The notes under the pieces were generated by a model. That model did not search any database, was not told the DNA's origin, and saw nothing but the letters and a program-made list of their open reading frames with translations. The translations under genes were made by a program, and so were the position numbers. Positions 27,277-38,273 of a stretch of 64,000 bases of DNA are shown here, piece after piece. The DNA comes from a virus. How positions within the stretch are numbered: position 1 is the stretch's first letter; the number at the start of each line of letters is the position of its first letter. The stretch lies in the IMG/VR virus record IMGVR_UViG_3300020185_000024, positions 1 through 64,000 of that record. The stretch is one strand, 5' to 3'.

Positions 27277-27491
27277 TAGCAGTATTAATAATAATGGCAG
27301 CTTCTACTGTATATGTAGCATTTATGAAAATGATTGATAAGGAGTGAACAAAGAAAAAGAGAAGCAGAAAAAGAAATAGTATCTTATTATATAATACCTT
27401 TTCTGCATGGACCACGCAAAGCTAATCTTTTTTACTATACAAAAAACTTTTTAACAATATTTTTTTAATTTTTTTATTCGGAATAATTTTA

Positions 27492-27499
27492 TATATTTG
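27492..27499 (+). promoter_or_regulatory. -7 element TATATTTG
   Basis: Consensus match 4 nt before ATG 27504. Confidence 0.6.
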
Positions 27500-27503
27500 T
27501 TAA

Positions 27504-28259
27504 ATGGAACATGTAATATGGACAGGGCAAGAAGGAGCTACACAATTTGAAGAAGCTATTGATCAACATCTTCAGCAAAACACTTTTCAACAAACTATGA
27601 CAGCTACAACAAGAACAGTTAGATTTAGTCCTCAAGATTCAATCCCAGCAGGATCAGGATCAGAATTAATAGAAGATATGGAAAATACTAATAGTAGATG
27701 GTATAGTCAAGAACTACTTAACGCTTACAATAATTATCTTCATAATAATATAGGATTCTCTAGAGAAACAACTAATGATTCTTTTGGATGGGCGACAGAA
27801 ACAAATGCTGATCAAGCAGTAGAATACTTAAGAGAGTCTGAACAAAAACTAAAGCTTACAAAAGACTTTTTAGAAGGAAAAAGAAAACTACTAGATGTGA
27901 AAGAAAATAAATACACTATAAAAGATATAATTCCTAATTACGATAACTTTGTAGCAGAATTAAAAATTAAACTAAAAAAAGAAGCTGAGGAACGTAAACT
28001 TAAAGGAAACATTAAAGCTAATCCTTCTTCTAAAAGAGTACTAAAAGAATTATCGGATGAAGAAGAGCGTGCAATAAAAGCTTCAAAAAGAAAAGGAGAC
28101 TTAGCATGGAAAAGAGCGCCAAGTCAAATATCAGACACTGTTATAGCAACAGGAATGGCAACAATGGCTACTCAAAACTTAAACAATGCTCCTACAAGTA
28201 GAAATGAGCAATTAAAACAACAATGGATAAATTTTCAACAAAGAAATGCACGAACTTAA
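27504..28259 (+). CDS. Hypothetical protein
   Basis: 251-aa ORF. Confidence 0.7.
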   Translation: MEHVIWTGQEGATQFEEAIDQHLQQNTFQQTMTATTRTVRFSPQDSIPAGSGSELIEDMENTNSRWYSQELLNAYNNYLHNNIGFSRETTNDSFGWATETNADQAVEYLRESEQKLKLTKDFLEGKRKLLDVKENKYTIKDIIPNYDNFVAELKIKLKKEAEERKLKGNIKANPSSKRVLKELSDEEERAIKASKRKGDLAWKRAPSQISDTVIATGMATMATQNLNNAPTSRNEQLKQQWINFQQRNART

Positions 28260-28467
28260 TAATATAGATTACTTAAAAGATCTAGAAATAGAACAACCTG
28301 AAGTAATATTACAAATATTTAGTTCCGATGGAGAACTAAAAGATACCTATGTAGGGTACACGGCAATTGAAGACTATATTGATAGTCAAGAATGGAAAAT
28401 AAAAAAAGAAGAATATAATGAAGCAAAAAGTAATAACAATAAAGAGTCCTCTGAGGAGGTTTTTTAG
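28246..28467 (+). CDS. Acidic hypothetical protein
   Basis: 73 aa, overlapping operon. Confidence 0.55.
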   Translation: MHELNNIDYLKDLEIEQPEVILQIFSSDGELKDTYVGYTAIEDYIDSQEWKIKKEEYNEAKSNNNKESSEEVF

Positions 28468-28804
28468 AGAATACCTTGAGGCAAAAAAAGCTATTCATAA
28501 ATTACCTAATCACGAAGCCTCTTTATTAGCAGAGCTAATGTACCATTATCATATTCTTAAGCAAGCTATGCCTGTAGACAAGTATAGATGGAAAGTGTTA
28601 TTTGATTATGATACTAAAATGGAAATGAGAAATTACTTAGGTATTTCAGGACAAGCATTAGAAAACAAATTGACAATGCTCAGAAGAAAAGGATTTCTAG
28701 TAGACAATAAACTGTCTCCAACTTATATTTTAGATCCAGAAAATAGCTTTATGTTAGTATATAAATGGGATATAGATGCAGAAAACTCTGAACCAGATAC
28801 TTAG
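28418..28804 (+). CDS. Winged-HTH DNA-binding protein
   Basis: EMRNYLGISGQALENKLTMLRRKGFL. Confidence 0.7.
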   Translation: MKQKVITIKSPLRRFFREYLEAKKAIHKLPNHEASLLAELMYHYHILKQAMPVDKYRWKVLFDYDTKMEMRNYLGISGQALENKLTMLRRKGFLVDNKLSPTYILDPENSFMLVYKWDIDAENSEPDT

Positions 28805-29030
28805 AGATTTAAATCAAAAGTATAACGTTCCTCAAAAAGTAATTTTAGCTATAGGAGAATCTCCGTTTAAATTTACAAGAGAACAATTAAAAGATAACGA
28901 TATTGAAAAAGAAAAGGAATTTAAAAATTTTAGGTATCCTTACTTAGGACAATTATGTACTACTTCTGAAAGAATAGTAGCAATAAGAAAAACAATAAAA
29001 AAGAAGAATGAACACAGAAGAGGCAAATAA
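28776..29030 (+). CDS. HU/IHF-like DNA-binding protein
   Basis: Helices ILRDLNQKYNVPQKVILAI followed by the FRYPYLGQL strand-turn of the HU fold. Confidence 0.65.
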   Translation: MQKTLNQILRDLNQKYNVPQKVILAIGESPFKFTREQLKDNDIEKEKEFKNFRYPYLGQLCTTSERIVAIRKTIKKKNEHRRGK

Positions 29031-29382
29031 GCTTTATACAGAAGGCGGAATACAATACGAAGAAGTAACTACTCCAGATGGAAAGCAGTTGAAAGTTAGA
29101 TATGATGATTCTTCTAAAAGATTAGAAGAAGATGAGGAAACTTTTCAAGAATATAAGTTTAGACAAAAAGCTTTGAAACGTTTTAAAAAGTCTAGAAACA
29201 AAGGATTTTTACATTGGCATAGAGAATGGGGCCCAATGACCGAAGCTAAAAAAAATAAAGTAAGACAGTATATGGGGGCAGACGATGAGACTAAAGAAAA
29301 GATTCTAGCCCAAGCTGAAAACATGAGCAAAGAAGCAGTTATTGCAAAACAAATAATGAAAAACAATGAGCAAATCGGATAA
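29008..29382 (+). CDS. Hypothetical protein
   Basis: 124 aa; RLEEDEETFQEYKFR. Confidence 0.65.
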   Translation: MNTEEANKLYTEGGIQYEEVTTPDGKQLKVRYDDSSKRLEEDEETFQEYKFRQKALKRFKKSRNKGFLHWHREWGPMTEAKKNKVRQYMGADDETKEKILAQAENMSKEAVIAKQIMKNNEQIG

Positions 29383-29731
29383 TAAATTACCTTTTAAGGT
29401 ACTAGGAAGAAAAGTAGTAGTAGCCAATCCTATGACAAATTTTAATACTAATTTAATTATAGGAGAAAAAGAAAGAAGAGCTATGGCTGAAGAACAAATA
29501 AAGAACTTAGCTAAGACTGAAGTTCTTCAAGTAGGTGAAGCTATTGAGCATATTAAACTAGGAGATATGATATGCATTAAACAACTCAGTAGAGGACGTT
29601 ATGAAATCATAGAAATACCTAAAGTAAAAGAAGAAGCTTCTATAATTGAAACAGAAGACTCTAAAGAGAGCTCAGGACCAGAATTATATTTTGTTTTTGA
29701 TGAAATGGATGTACTAGCTATCTATGAGTAA
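29366..29731 (+). CDS. GroES-like co-chaperonin
   Basis: FKVLGRKVVV, EVLQVGEA, IKLGDMI, YFVFDEMDVLAI parallel GroES PLxDRVxV, VxAVG, VKxGDxV, ExDILA. Confidence 0.7.
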   Translation: MSKSDNKLPFKVLGRKVVVANPMTNFNTNLIIGEKERRAMAEEQIKNLAKTEVLQVGEAIEHIKLGDMICIKQLSRGRYEIIEIPKVKEEASIIETEDSKESSGPELYFVFDEMDVLAIYE

Positions 29732-30032
29732 GATTGGAAAAATATATAAAGGAAGTCAGCTACAACGGTTGGCTTCCTTTTTAGGTAGTGCTCCAAGATT
29801 ATACAGGAGTAAAACGTTATTAATAGAAGTATTAGCTGTAGGAGATTTTGAATTTAGACATGTTCTCGATAGAGGAAAATATAAACTTATATCTAATCCT
29901 AAACTAAAAAAGGAAAACTCTTTAAAAGCAGAAAAAGAACTGAAAAACGAAGAAAAGAAATATAAAAGTATATTTATTTCTTCTTTTGAAGATAAAAACA
30001 AGCCAGGCTATTACGATAGAAAATTAAAATAA
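29724..30032 (+). CDS. Hypothetical protein
   Basis: 102-aa ORF. Confidence 0.55.
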   Translation: MSKIGKIYKGSQLQRLASFLGSAPRLYRSKTLLIEVLAVGDFEFRHVLDRGKYKLISNPKLKKENSLKAEKELKNEEKKYKSIFISSFEDKNKPGYYDRKLK

Positions 30033-30589
30033 TGGAATTATTTGAAGTAGACCAAAACAACAATGTAACTTTTTCACCTGAAGCATTAACTTTAGCTCCA
30101 TTTAAGAAGTTATGGACCAGAGATAGAAATAGATTAAAGAAGAATGCTATAGAGCAAATGTCTTATATTTATTTCATGTGTGATTATAAATCAGACTATA
30201 ACAACATAAGAGACTTGCAAGAAAGAAGCGAAATAGTTAAAGAAGCTTGTGTTTCAGATATAAAAGGATTTAAGGAAGATTCTGATATTAAAGCTGCTAT
30301 GAAATTTTATACAGATAGATCTAGAACAGTTTCTATGAGTTTATTAGAAAACGCTAGAGATGCTGTAGACAGACTCTCGATCTTTCTAGCTACTATAGAT
30401 TTTTCAGAACTAGATAATAAAGGAGGACTTAAGTTCAATCCTAAACAAATATCTGATACTATAGCTACTTTAGGAAAACAAGTAGATTCTTTAGCTGCAT
30501 TAGAAGAACAAGTTAAAAAAGAAATATCAGCTAAGAGCGAGTTACTTAAAGGCGGAAAAGAAAAATCAATACTAGAAGACGGAGCTTAA
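30032..30589 (+). CDS. Protein upstream of terminase (possible small subunit)
   Basis: Helical, TAATG-coupled to TerL. Confidence 0.55.
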   Translation: MELFEVDQNNNVTFSPEALTLAPFKKLWTRDRNRLKKNAIEQMSYIYFMCDYKSDYNNIRDLQERSEIVKEACVSDIKGFKEDSDIKAAMKFYTDRSRTVSMSLLENARDAVDRLSIFLATIDFSELDNKGGLKFNPKQISDTIATLGKQVDSLAALEEQVKKEISAKSELLKGGKEKSILEDGA

Positions 30590-32877
30590 TGAAACATAAA
30601 TTATTCAATCAATTACAAAGCCAATTATCTGATGAACTTCTCTCTGAATTTGACGGAGCTACCATCAGTGATATTTATGAGGCAATAGAGCAAATACCGT
30701 TAGTAGATACTCTCACAAATCCAAATAGAAGAAAGATAGCAGATGTAGAGAAAGACTCTGAAGGAAAGCTGATAGTAGATATAACCAATCTACATATTTT
30801 AGAAGACATGCCGTACTTTAGAAAAGCTGCTGCTCACTTTGAAGAATTTGGAACATATACTAACCTATATCCTAATAAAAATCCTAATTCAGAATATATA
30901 AAGTTCTGGAGAGAAGAAGCTAGAAGATGTAGAGAAGGTTATATTAGAGAATCTGACGGTGAATGGATACCTGGAGACTTTTATTTTTATCTTAATTATT
31001 CTCCTATTATGGTAACTGTTGCTATAGAAGGAAACACTACAGAACTAGGAGACTTTGAAGAAGCAGATAGAATAGAAGGATTTCCTTTCATCTATGATGG
31101 CGATTATATGTATTATCATTATCTGGACCAAGCTAGAAGAAAAGGACATCATGGATTTGTACTTAAGTCTAGGGGTAAAGGATTCTCGTTTAAAGGTGGT
31201 TCAGGATTAGCTAAAAGAGCTATACTAGGAGAAAACACTAAATCTCAAAAGAACGTAAAAGCATTTGCTTTAGCAAACGAAAAAGAATACCTTATAAAAG
31301 ATGGGGTAATGAACAAGTTTGTAGACGTTATAGACTTCTTAGGTACTAATACTCCTTGGCCTAGAAGAAGAGAACTTAAAGATTCTATAGGAAATATGCA
31401 CTGGAAGTTAGGATATAAAGATCCTCTTACAGGTATAGAAAAAGGAATTAAGAATGAGATAATGGGAGTTACCCTTAAAGATGATCCTCAGAAAGCAAGG
31501 GGTAAAAGGGGAACTTATCTTATTTGGGAAGAGGTAGGAAAATTTAAAGCTTTTATAAAGGCTTGGGGTATTGCTAGACCTTCAGTAGAAGACGGTAATT
31601 TTGCATTTGGTACTATGATTGCTTATGGTACTGGTGGTACAGAAGGAGCTGATTTTGAAGGTGCTGAACAAGCTTTCTATAATCCTGGAGGACACAATAT
31701 ATATGGACTTAAGAATATTTTCGATAAAAATGCTTCTACGGCACTATGTTCATTTTTCTTTCCAGAATACTTAAATAGATCTGGATGTTATGATGAAAAC
31801 GGTAACTCTGATGTTGTAAAAGCATTATTACAATTATTCTCAGCAAGAAATAAAATTAGATTTGGTACTTCAGATTCTAATATATTAATCCAAGAAAGAG
31901 CAGAGAGACCTATTACTCCTCAGGAAGCTATTATGCGTAAGGAAGGTTCTATTTTTCCTGTACTTGATTTAAAAGATTTATTAGCTAACATAGAACCCAA
32001 TAGGTCTTCTTTTATTGCCCCTCACTATGTAGGTAGACTTTCTAATACTGCAGAAGGAAATATTTCTTGGAAACCTGACCCTAATGTAAACATATTAAGA
32101 AATTATCCTATAGATAAGTCCGTATCTAAAGTAGGAGGAATTGAAATATTTGAACAACCTGTAAATGGTCCTAGAGGAGTACCTCCTCATGGAGTTTATA
32201 TTGCAGGTACTGACCCTGTAGATGATGACCACTCTAGTACAGATTCTGTATGCTGTACTTATATCATGAATGTAATGACAGATAGGATAGTAGCAGAGTA
32301 TACTTCTAGAGAACATACAGCAGAAGAATATTACGAGAATACTTTAAGATTGCTTAAGTATTACAATGCCCAGTGTAACTATGAAAATGACAAGAAAGGT
32401 ATGTTTGCTTACTTTAAGAAAAAGCATGCTTTACACTATCTTGTAGATACTCCAGAAATACTTAGAGATATGGATATGGTTAAAGGAATTAATCACGGAA
32501 ATAAATCTAAAGGTACTAACTCAGGTAAAAGAATTAATGAATGGGGTAGAAGACTGGCGGCAGACTGGATGTTATCTCCAGCTTATGATACAGATCCTGA
32601 AGCAGAAACTGTAATGAATATGTTTAAGATTCGTTCTATAGGACTTATAAAAGAAGCTATTGCTTGGAACATGGATGGAAACTTTGACAGAATATCTGCA
32701 ATAGGCATGTTAATGATACTTAGAGAAGAAAGAATAAATAGAGTGCCCACCTATGAAGAAAAACCTAAAAGTGATATGGGAGATGAATTTTTTAATAAAT
32801 GGTTTCAAAAACATTCTGGAGCTGCTGTTCCTACAAGGAATGGTCAAGCACTAGGAGGAAAATTTAACCTATTATGA
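30589..32877 (+). CDS. terL: Terminase large subunit
   Basis: Walker A LKSRGKGFS, Walker B IWEEVG, GTGG coupling motif, nuclease AGTDPVD, FDRISA. Confidence 0.93.
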   Translation: MKHKLFNQLQSQLSDELLSEFDGATISDIYEAIEQIPLVDTLTNPNRRKIADVEKDSEGKLIVDITNLHILEDMPYFRKAAAHFEEFGTYTNLYPNKNPNSEYIKFWREEARRCREGYIRESDGEWIPGDFYFYLNYSPIMVTVAIEGNTTELGDFEEADRIEGFPFIYDGDYMYYHYLDQARRKGHHGFVLKSRGKGFSFKGGSGLAKRAILGENTKSQKNVKAFALANEKEYLIKDGVMNKFVDVIDFLGTNTPWPRRRELKDSIGNMHWKLGYKDPLTGIEKGIKNEIMGVTLKDDPQKARGKRGTYLIWEEVGKFKAFIKAWGIARPSVEDGNFAFGTMIAYGTGGTEGADFEGAEQAFYNPGGHNIYGLKNIFDKNASTALCSFFFPEYLNRSGCYDENGNSDVVKALLQLFSARNKIRFGTSDSNILIQERAERPITPQEAIMRKEGSIFPVLDLKDLLANIEPNRSSFIAPHYVGRLSNTAEGNISWKPDPNVNILRNYPIDKSVSKVGGIEIFEQPVNGPRGVPPHGVYIAGTDPVDDDHSSTDSVCCTYIMNVMTDRIVAEYTSREHTAEEYYENTLRLLKYYNAQCNYENDKKGMFAYFKKKHALHYLVDTPEILRDMDMVKGINHGNKSKGTNSGKRINEWGRRLAADWMLSPAYDTDPEAETVMNMFKIRSIGLIKEAIAWNMDGNFDRISAIGMLMILREERINRVPTYEEKPKSDMGDEFFNKWFQKHSGAAVPTRNGQALGGKFNLL

Positions 32878-32945
32878 TAATAAAATATAACCTAACTCAT
32901 AATAAATAAAGCACTCTGATACATTAATGTTAATTATAATATAGA

Positions 32946-32953
32946 TAAGTTTG
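32946..32953 (+). promoter_or_regulatory. -7 element TAAGTTTG upstream of portal
   Basis: TAnnTTTG match in the TerL-portal intergenic region. Confidence 0.5.
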
Positions 32954-32972
32954 TCAGCTTAGATAATAAATT

Positions 32973-35375
32973 ATGACACTTCCACTTTCCTCAAATAATC
33001 ATCAGTTTCCTTCTCAAAGAAAATCTATTGCTCAAAAAACAGAGACATGGGCTAAAGCATGCATAGACGCTGCTCAACAACATTCTCTTTATACCAATGA
33101 AGGATTTAGACAATCCTACCAAAACAAAAAGACTAATTACAACTTGTATTCTAACGTACTTGATCAGGAAGATGTAGAAAAAGTATGTAATCCTTTTGGA
33201 TTAAGCGGAATGGCTATACCAGCTAAAATGCAAAACTATCCTATATCAGCTCCTAAAATAGACTTATTAGTAGGAGAAGAACTTAAACGAAAGTTTGACT
33301 GGAAAGTAAGAGTATCTAATGACGATGCTATATCTTCTAAAGAATTGCAAAAATCTAAAAAGATAAAAGACTATATCAAACAGCTCATTGAAGAAACTCC
33401 AGAAGAAGAAATGGAACATGAGCTTAAAGGTTATATGAAATACTTAAACTATGAGTGGCAAGACTTCAGAGAAGAAGCAGGCAGCAAACTCTTAAACCAT
33501 ATTTATAAACGACAAAATCTAAAAAGAAAATTTAATAAAGCTTTTAAAGATGCTTGCATATCAGGAGAAGAAGTTGGATTATGGGATATAGTAGCAGGAG
33601 AACCTGTTTGCGAAATTGTAAACCCACTTAAGATTCATACTGTAAGATCAGGAGAAAGTCCTTATTTTGAAGATGCTGATATTATAGTTATAGATACTTA
33701 CATGTCCCCTGGACAAGTAGTAGATCAATATTGGGATGTTTTAAATGCTAGTCAAGTAAAAGAAATAGAAAGTGGATTTACAACGTCTTCTGCAGGAGGA
33801 GGAAAAAGAGGATTTAACGACTTAGGAGATAGTCCAGATTTAGCACTAAGGTTAGACTCTAATATAGATACTACTCAATTAGAAAAAGATATAAGTTTTG
33901 GAGCACCAATAGACCAGGATGGGAACATACGAGTTCTAAGAGTATATTGGAGATCAATGAGAAAAATGCAATGGGTAACAACCATTAATGATTGGGGAGA
34001 AGAAGAAAAAGAATTAAGAGATGAAAACGATATTGTTGATAAAACTTTAGGCGAAACTTCAAAAACTATTTGGATATCTGAATGGTGGGAAGGTCACAAG
34101 ATTGGCGGAAAAGCTAACGCTAAAGACAAAGGTGGAATTTATACTCGTCTTCAACCAAAGAAACTTCAATATAGAAATATACAAAACCCTAGCAGATGCC
34201 ATCCTGGTATTGTAGGAACTCTACACAATACTAATGATAGTAAAGTAGTAGCTCCTATGGATATGATGAAACCATATCAGTATATGTACAATGTTCTTAT
34301 GTACAATACAGAAATAATGATTGCTAAAAACTGGGGTAAGATTATGCGCTTACCTATGCATGAAAAGCCAGACGGATGGCAGACAGAGCAATGGTTAGCT
34401 TTTGCTAAATCAATGAATGCTCTTCCTTATGACGCTTTCCAAGAAAGCACTAAAGGAGCATCTCAAGGTAAATTAGCAGGAGCAATGAACCAAAGTTCTC
34501 CAATGATTGACATGGAAATGGGAAACTCTATTCAGCTTTATATGAATATGATGGACCATATTAAAAATGAAATGGGAGAAATAGTAGGAGTATCTAGGGC
34601 CAGACAAGGTCAGATATCTTCTAAAGAAGCTGTAGGTAATGTTCAAAGAGAGATTATTCAAACCTCTCATATAACTGAATGGTTATTTGCAGCACACGAT
34701 GACTGGAAACTCAGAATGTTAACAATAGGTTTAGAAACAGCTAAAATAGCTGTAAAAGATAATCCTAAAAAATATCAAGATGTCCTAGGAGACATGTCCA
34801 CGCTAATATATCAATTTGGTGACAATGATTCTCTTGAAGCAGATTTTGATATTTTTATTTCTGATTCTAACAGAGATACTGGACTTTATGAAATGATGAA
34901 AGAACTTGCTCACGCAGGTATTCAGAATGATAAAATGAACTTCTCTACACTAATGTCTATATACATGGACGATAGTTTAGGTTCTATTAGACGTAAAATA
35001 GAAGCTTCTGAAAAAGAATCTGAACAAAGGCAGGAACAAGCAAGAAAAGAAGAACTACAAGTACGGCAACAGAACATAGAGCAAACGGCAGCAGATTCTG
35101 AAGCTTTAAGAGAATGGGAAAAAGAGAAAATTTATCTGCAAGAAAGTACTAAGCTAGAAATAGCAGGAATTAATCAAGAAAGAAACGAAGATGATGGAGG
35201 TAAATCTCTTTTAGAATTAGAGAAGCTAAGAGAGACAGCGGCAAAGAATGCTGCAGACATCAAATTCAAATATGATCAATTAAGAGAAACATCTAATAAA
35301 AACTCTAAAGATCATGAAATTAAAAGAAAACAATTGGCTATACAGAGACAACGACCAGCAGCTTCTTCTAGGTAA
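32973..35375 (+). CDS. Portal protein
   Basis: 800 aa after TerL; FPSQRKS...KTETW N-terminus, PKIDLLVGEE, GVSRARQG, coiled-coil C-terminus; crAss-like synteny. Confidence 0.88.
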   Translation: MTLPLSSNNHQFPSQRKSIAQKTETWAKACIDAAQQHSLYTNEGFRQSYQNKKTNYNLYSNVLDQEDVEKVCNPFGLSGMAIPAKMQNYPISAPKIDLLVGEELKRKFDWKVRVSNDDAISSKELQKSKKIKDYIKQLIEETPEEEMEHELKGYMKYLNYEWQDFREEAGSKLLNHIYKRQNLKRKFNKAFKDACISGEEVGLWDIVAGEPVCEIVNPLKIHTVRSGESPYFEDADIIVIDTYMSPGQVVDQYWDVLNASQVKEIESGFTTSSAGGGKRGFNDLGDSPDLALRLDSNIDTTQLEKDISFGAPIDQDGNIRVLRVYWRSMRKMQWVTTINDWGEEEKELRDENDIVDKTLGETSKTIWISEWWEGHKIGGKANAKDKGGIYTRLQPKKLQYRNIQNPSRCHPGIVGTLHNTNDSKVVAPMDMMKPYQYMYNVLMYNTEIMIAKNWGKIMRLPMHEKPDGWQTEQWLAFAKSMNALPYDAFQESTKGASQGKLAGAMNQSSPMIDMEMGNSIQLYMNMMDHIKNEMGEIVGVSRARQGQISSKEAVGNVQREIIQTSHITEWLFAAHDDWKLRMLTIGLETAKIAVKDNPKKYQDVLGDMSTLIYQFGDNDSLEADFDIFISDSNRDTGLYEMMKELAHAGIQNDKMNFSTLMSIYMDDSLGSIRRKIEASEKESEQRQEQARKEELQVRQQNIEQTAADSEALREWEKEKIYLQESTKLEIAGINQERNEDDGGKSLLELEKLRETAAKNAADIKFKYDQLRETSNKNSKDHEIKRKQLAIQRQRPAASSR

Positions 35376-35479
35376 GAAAAAGCTATAGTAGAGGTATAAA
35401 TTTTTATGCTATTTGCTCAACAATCGTTATATCAAGTTAGTTAATTTGTTTATTTGTATTACAAAGGAAAAGAAGAAAA

Positions 35480-36706
35480 ATGGATGAACTGTTTATGAAT
35501 GCAGATATGGAAGATTCTCCAGAAGTGGAAATTGAAATAAATGCAGAAGGTGTTATTGAAGAAACACCAGAAGAAAGACCAGAAGAAAAAACTGACGACA
35601 AATCAAATGTTCTTAATCAAGACAAAAAAACTGAAAATACTGAAAATTTAATTGACCTAACTGAGTTGGGAATTGAAGTTGCTGAAAAACCAGAAGATGA
35701 TGATTCTGACAAAATTGATCCTTTAGCTGATCCAAAAGAAAAAAAGTCTCCCTCATCAGAAGAAATAACAGAACTAGGTGATAAAAAACCTAAATCAGAT
35801 TCTGAACAGCCTTCTTTATTTAATTCCTTTGCCTCAATTCTAGCTGATGAGGGAGTTCTTTTAACTGACGAAGTTGAAAAAATTACTGACGCTAAAACTT
35901 TTTTAGAAGCAATTAAAACTACAGTAAAGCAAAATGAGTTCTCTGACTTAAATGATAAACAGAAGAAAGCCTTAGAAGCTTTTAGAGCAGGAGTACCTGC
36001 AGAAGAGTATGTTGAATCAGCTAACCAAATAGAAATCTTAGATAGCATCAAAGAAGAACATATTAACGGTGAAACAGAAGAGAGTTTAAAACTTAGAAAA
36101 GATCTCATTGTAGAAAATATGATGAGAAAAGGCTTTACAGAAACAAAAGCTGAAAAATATGCTGAAATGCATGTTGATGCAGGTTCTGATAAAGAAGAAG
36201 CTTTAGATGCTCATACCTCTTTAAAAGCTATAGCAAGTATAGATGTTGAAAAAAGACTTGCTGATAAAGTAGAAAAAGAAAAAAAAGCAGCAGAAAAAAA
36301 AGCAGCCTTTCAAGAAGAGCTTAAAAAATCAGTAGAAACAGTAGATATTATACCTGGAATGAAACTTAACTCTAGTCTTAGAGAAAAGGTTTATGAAAGT
36401 ATGACAACTCCTGCAGTAACTACTAAAGATGGTAGAGCTTATGATGCAGTTATGACTAACTGGACAAAAGATCAAAGTTATAAAATGAAAGTTCACGCTT
36501 TACATGTTATAACAAAAGGTTTTACAGATTTCACTCCTTTATATGGAGGAAAGCAAAAAAGTCAATCTGCTATTGATAGGTTAGACCAATTAGCTAGCGA
36601 AGGAAATATCTTAGTTAGAGGTAATACTGCAAGCAATAAACCAAAAGAAAATTTAGGAAAGGTTAAAAGCTTTTTAGATAGCTTACCTGACCCAAACAAT
36701 TATTAA
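35480..36706 (+). CDS. Acidic putative scaffolding/assembly protein
   Basis: Very acidic N-terminus, coiled coils, between portal and capsid. Confidence 0.65.
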   Translation: MDELFMNADMEDSPEVEIEINAEGVIEETPEERPEEKTDDKSNVLNQDKKTENTENLIDLTELGIEVAEKPEDDDSDKIDPLADPKEKKSPSSEEITELGDKKPKSDSEQPSLFNSFASILADEGVLLTDEVEKITDAKTFLEAIKTTVKQNEFSDLNDKQKKALEAFRAGVPAEEYVESANQIEILDSIKEEHINGETEESLKLRKDLIVENMMRKGFTETKAEKYAEMHVDAGSDKEEALDAHTSLKAIASIDVEKRLADKVEKEKKAAEKKAAFQEELKKSVETVDIIPGMKLNSSLREKVYESMTTPAVTTKDGRAYDAVMTNWTKDQSYKMKVHALHVITKGFTDFTPLYGGKQKSQSAIDRLDQLASEGNILVRGNTASNKPKENLGKVKSFLDSLPDPNNY

Positions 36707-36733
36707 TAAGAAACAATATAAAAACTATATAAA

Positions 36734-38209
36734 ATGGCAATGATTTCCCCATTACAAATGACAGATGCAACTAACTGGAAAGGTCTTACGACTGAAAACC
36801 ATCTAGGTGCATTGTGGGCACAAAGTCCACAAAAAATGGAGAGTTACATTACTAAGATCTTGCAAAAGAACTTTGGTAATAACATCGAGTCTGTTTTAGC
36901 TAAATATCCAACTAAGTATTTTGAGGATGATACCGACTATACTTGGCAATTGGAATCACAAGCTGTACAAAATGTACCTCTTGTTGAAGCTAGAATTAAC
37001 GGTGTTGCAGTAACTTCCGCAGATAAACCAGGATACGGACTTACAGAATTTGAGTTGGTATTTGGCATTGATTGGTTCGATGACACTGAAAAAATCGTAG
37101 GTGAGAAGAATGAACTTTACCCAGTAAGAATAGTATCTGAAGGCACGCCTGAAGGAACTAACTTTGTGTATAAAGCTCAAATGTATACTTCTGATCCTAA
37201 GTTTTTCATGCCAGCAGAAGAGCTTGCTAAAGGCAAGAAATTCTCAATTGAGTATGCTCCAGTAGAACGAACTATGTCTCAAAAAGGACGTAAACCACAC
37301 TACAAGTCTAACATTACAATGAAGAATTCTTTCTCTCAAATCAGAATGGAAAAGAAAACTCCAGGTAATATGAAGTCTCGTAAGTTGGGTACAGTTATTT
37401 TAGGAGATAACGGTGAAAAAATGGCAACTTGGCTTGAATATGAATCTTTAAAGTTCATGAAAGAGTTCAAGGATGACATTAACCGACTATTGTACTTTGG
37501 TACTTCTAACAGAGGTAAAGACGGTAACTACGCAACCAAAGGCAAATCAGGTTATCCTATCGTAGAAGGTTCTGGAATTAGAGAGCAAATGCAATCTAGT
37601 AACACTTCCTACTATACAACTTTCTCAATCAAAGAATTGTCTAGCCGACTTTTAGATTTATCTGAAGGCAAGCTTGCAGGCGATGAAAGAGAATTTGTTC
37701 TACGAACAGGAGAACGAGGTGCTGTACAATTCCATGAAGCTCTTGAAGGACACACTCAGTTGTTTACTCCTTTACAGAACACTGATAGAATGTACAAAAC
37801 AACTATGAAGAACATTAAGATGGGTTATGGCTACGGTGGTCAGTTCATTGAGTATATGGGTCCAAATGGCATCAAAGTTTCTTTGAGCATTGATTCTATG
37901 TACGATGACAGAAACCGTAACAAGGTAATGCATCCTAATGGAGGAGTAGCAGAATCATACAGATATGATATCTTTGATATCGGAACTACTGATGGTGCAC
38001 CTAACATTCAAAAAGTAGGTGTTAAAGGGCAACCTGAGATCATCCACAAATACATTCCAGGACTAAGAAATCCTTTTGATCCAGATGGCAAAATTACTGC
38101 TATCGGAACTGCAGAAGATTCTTGGGAAGAGCATAAAATGTTCATTGGCGGAGTATGTGTGAAAGATCCTTCTAGGACTGCATCCTTTATTCCAGCAATA
38201 TTAGCATAA
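36734..38209 (+). CDS. Major capsid protein
   Basis: 491 aa; WKGLTTENHL N-terminus characteristic of crAss-like MCPs; followed by a terminator. Confidence 0.9.
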   Translation: MAMISPLQMTDATNWKGLTTENHLGALWAQSPQKMESYITKILQKNFGNNIESVLAKYPTKYFEDDTDYTWQLESQAVQNVPLVEARINGVAVTSADKPGYGLTEFELVFGIDWFDDTEKIVGEKNELYPVRIVSEGTPEGTNFVYKAQMYTSDPKFFMPAEELAKGKKFSIEYAPVERTMSQKGRKPHYKSNITMKNSFSQIRMEKKTPGNMKSRKLGTVILGDNGEKMATWLEYESLKFMKEFKDDINRLLYFGTSNRGKDGNYATKGKSGYPIVEGSGIREQMQSSNTSYYTTFSIKELSSRLLDLSEGKLAGDEREFVLRTGERGAVQFHEALEGHTQLFTPLQNTDRMYKTTMKNIKMGYGYGGQFIEYMGPNGIKVSLSIDSMYDDRNRNKVMHPNGGVAESYRYDIFDIGTTDGAPNIQKVGVKGQPEIIHKYIPGLRNPFDPDGKITAIGTAEDSWEEHKMFIGGVCVKDPSRTASFIPAILA

Positions 38210-38210
38210 T

Positions 38211-38254
38211 AAGAGTTAAGGAGGAAGATTAAGTTCTTCCTCCACTCTTTTTTT
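38211..38254 (+). terminator. Intrinsic terminator after MCP
   Basis: GGAGGAAG-N8-CTTCCTCC plus T run. Confidence 0.8.
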
Positions 38255-38273
38255 ATTTATTTAAATTTTATTA

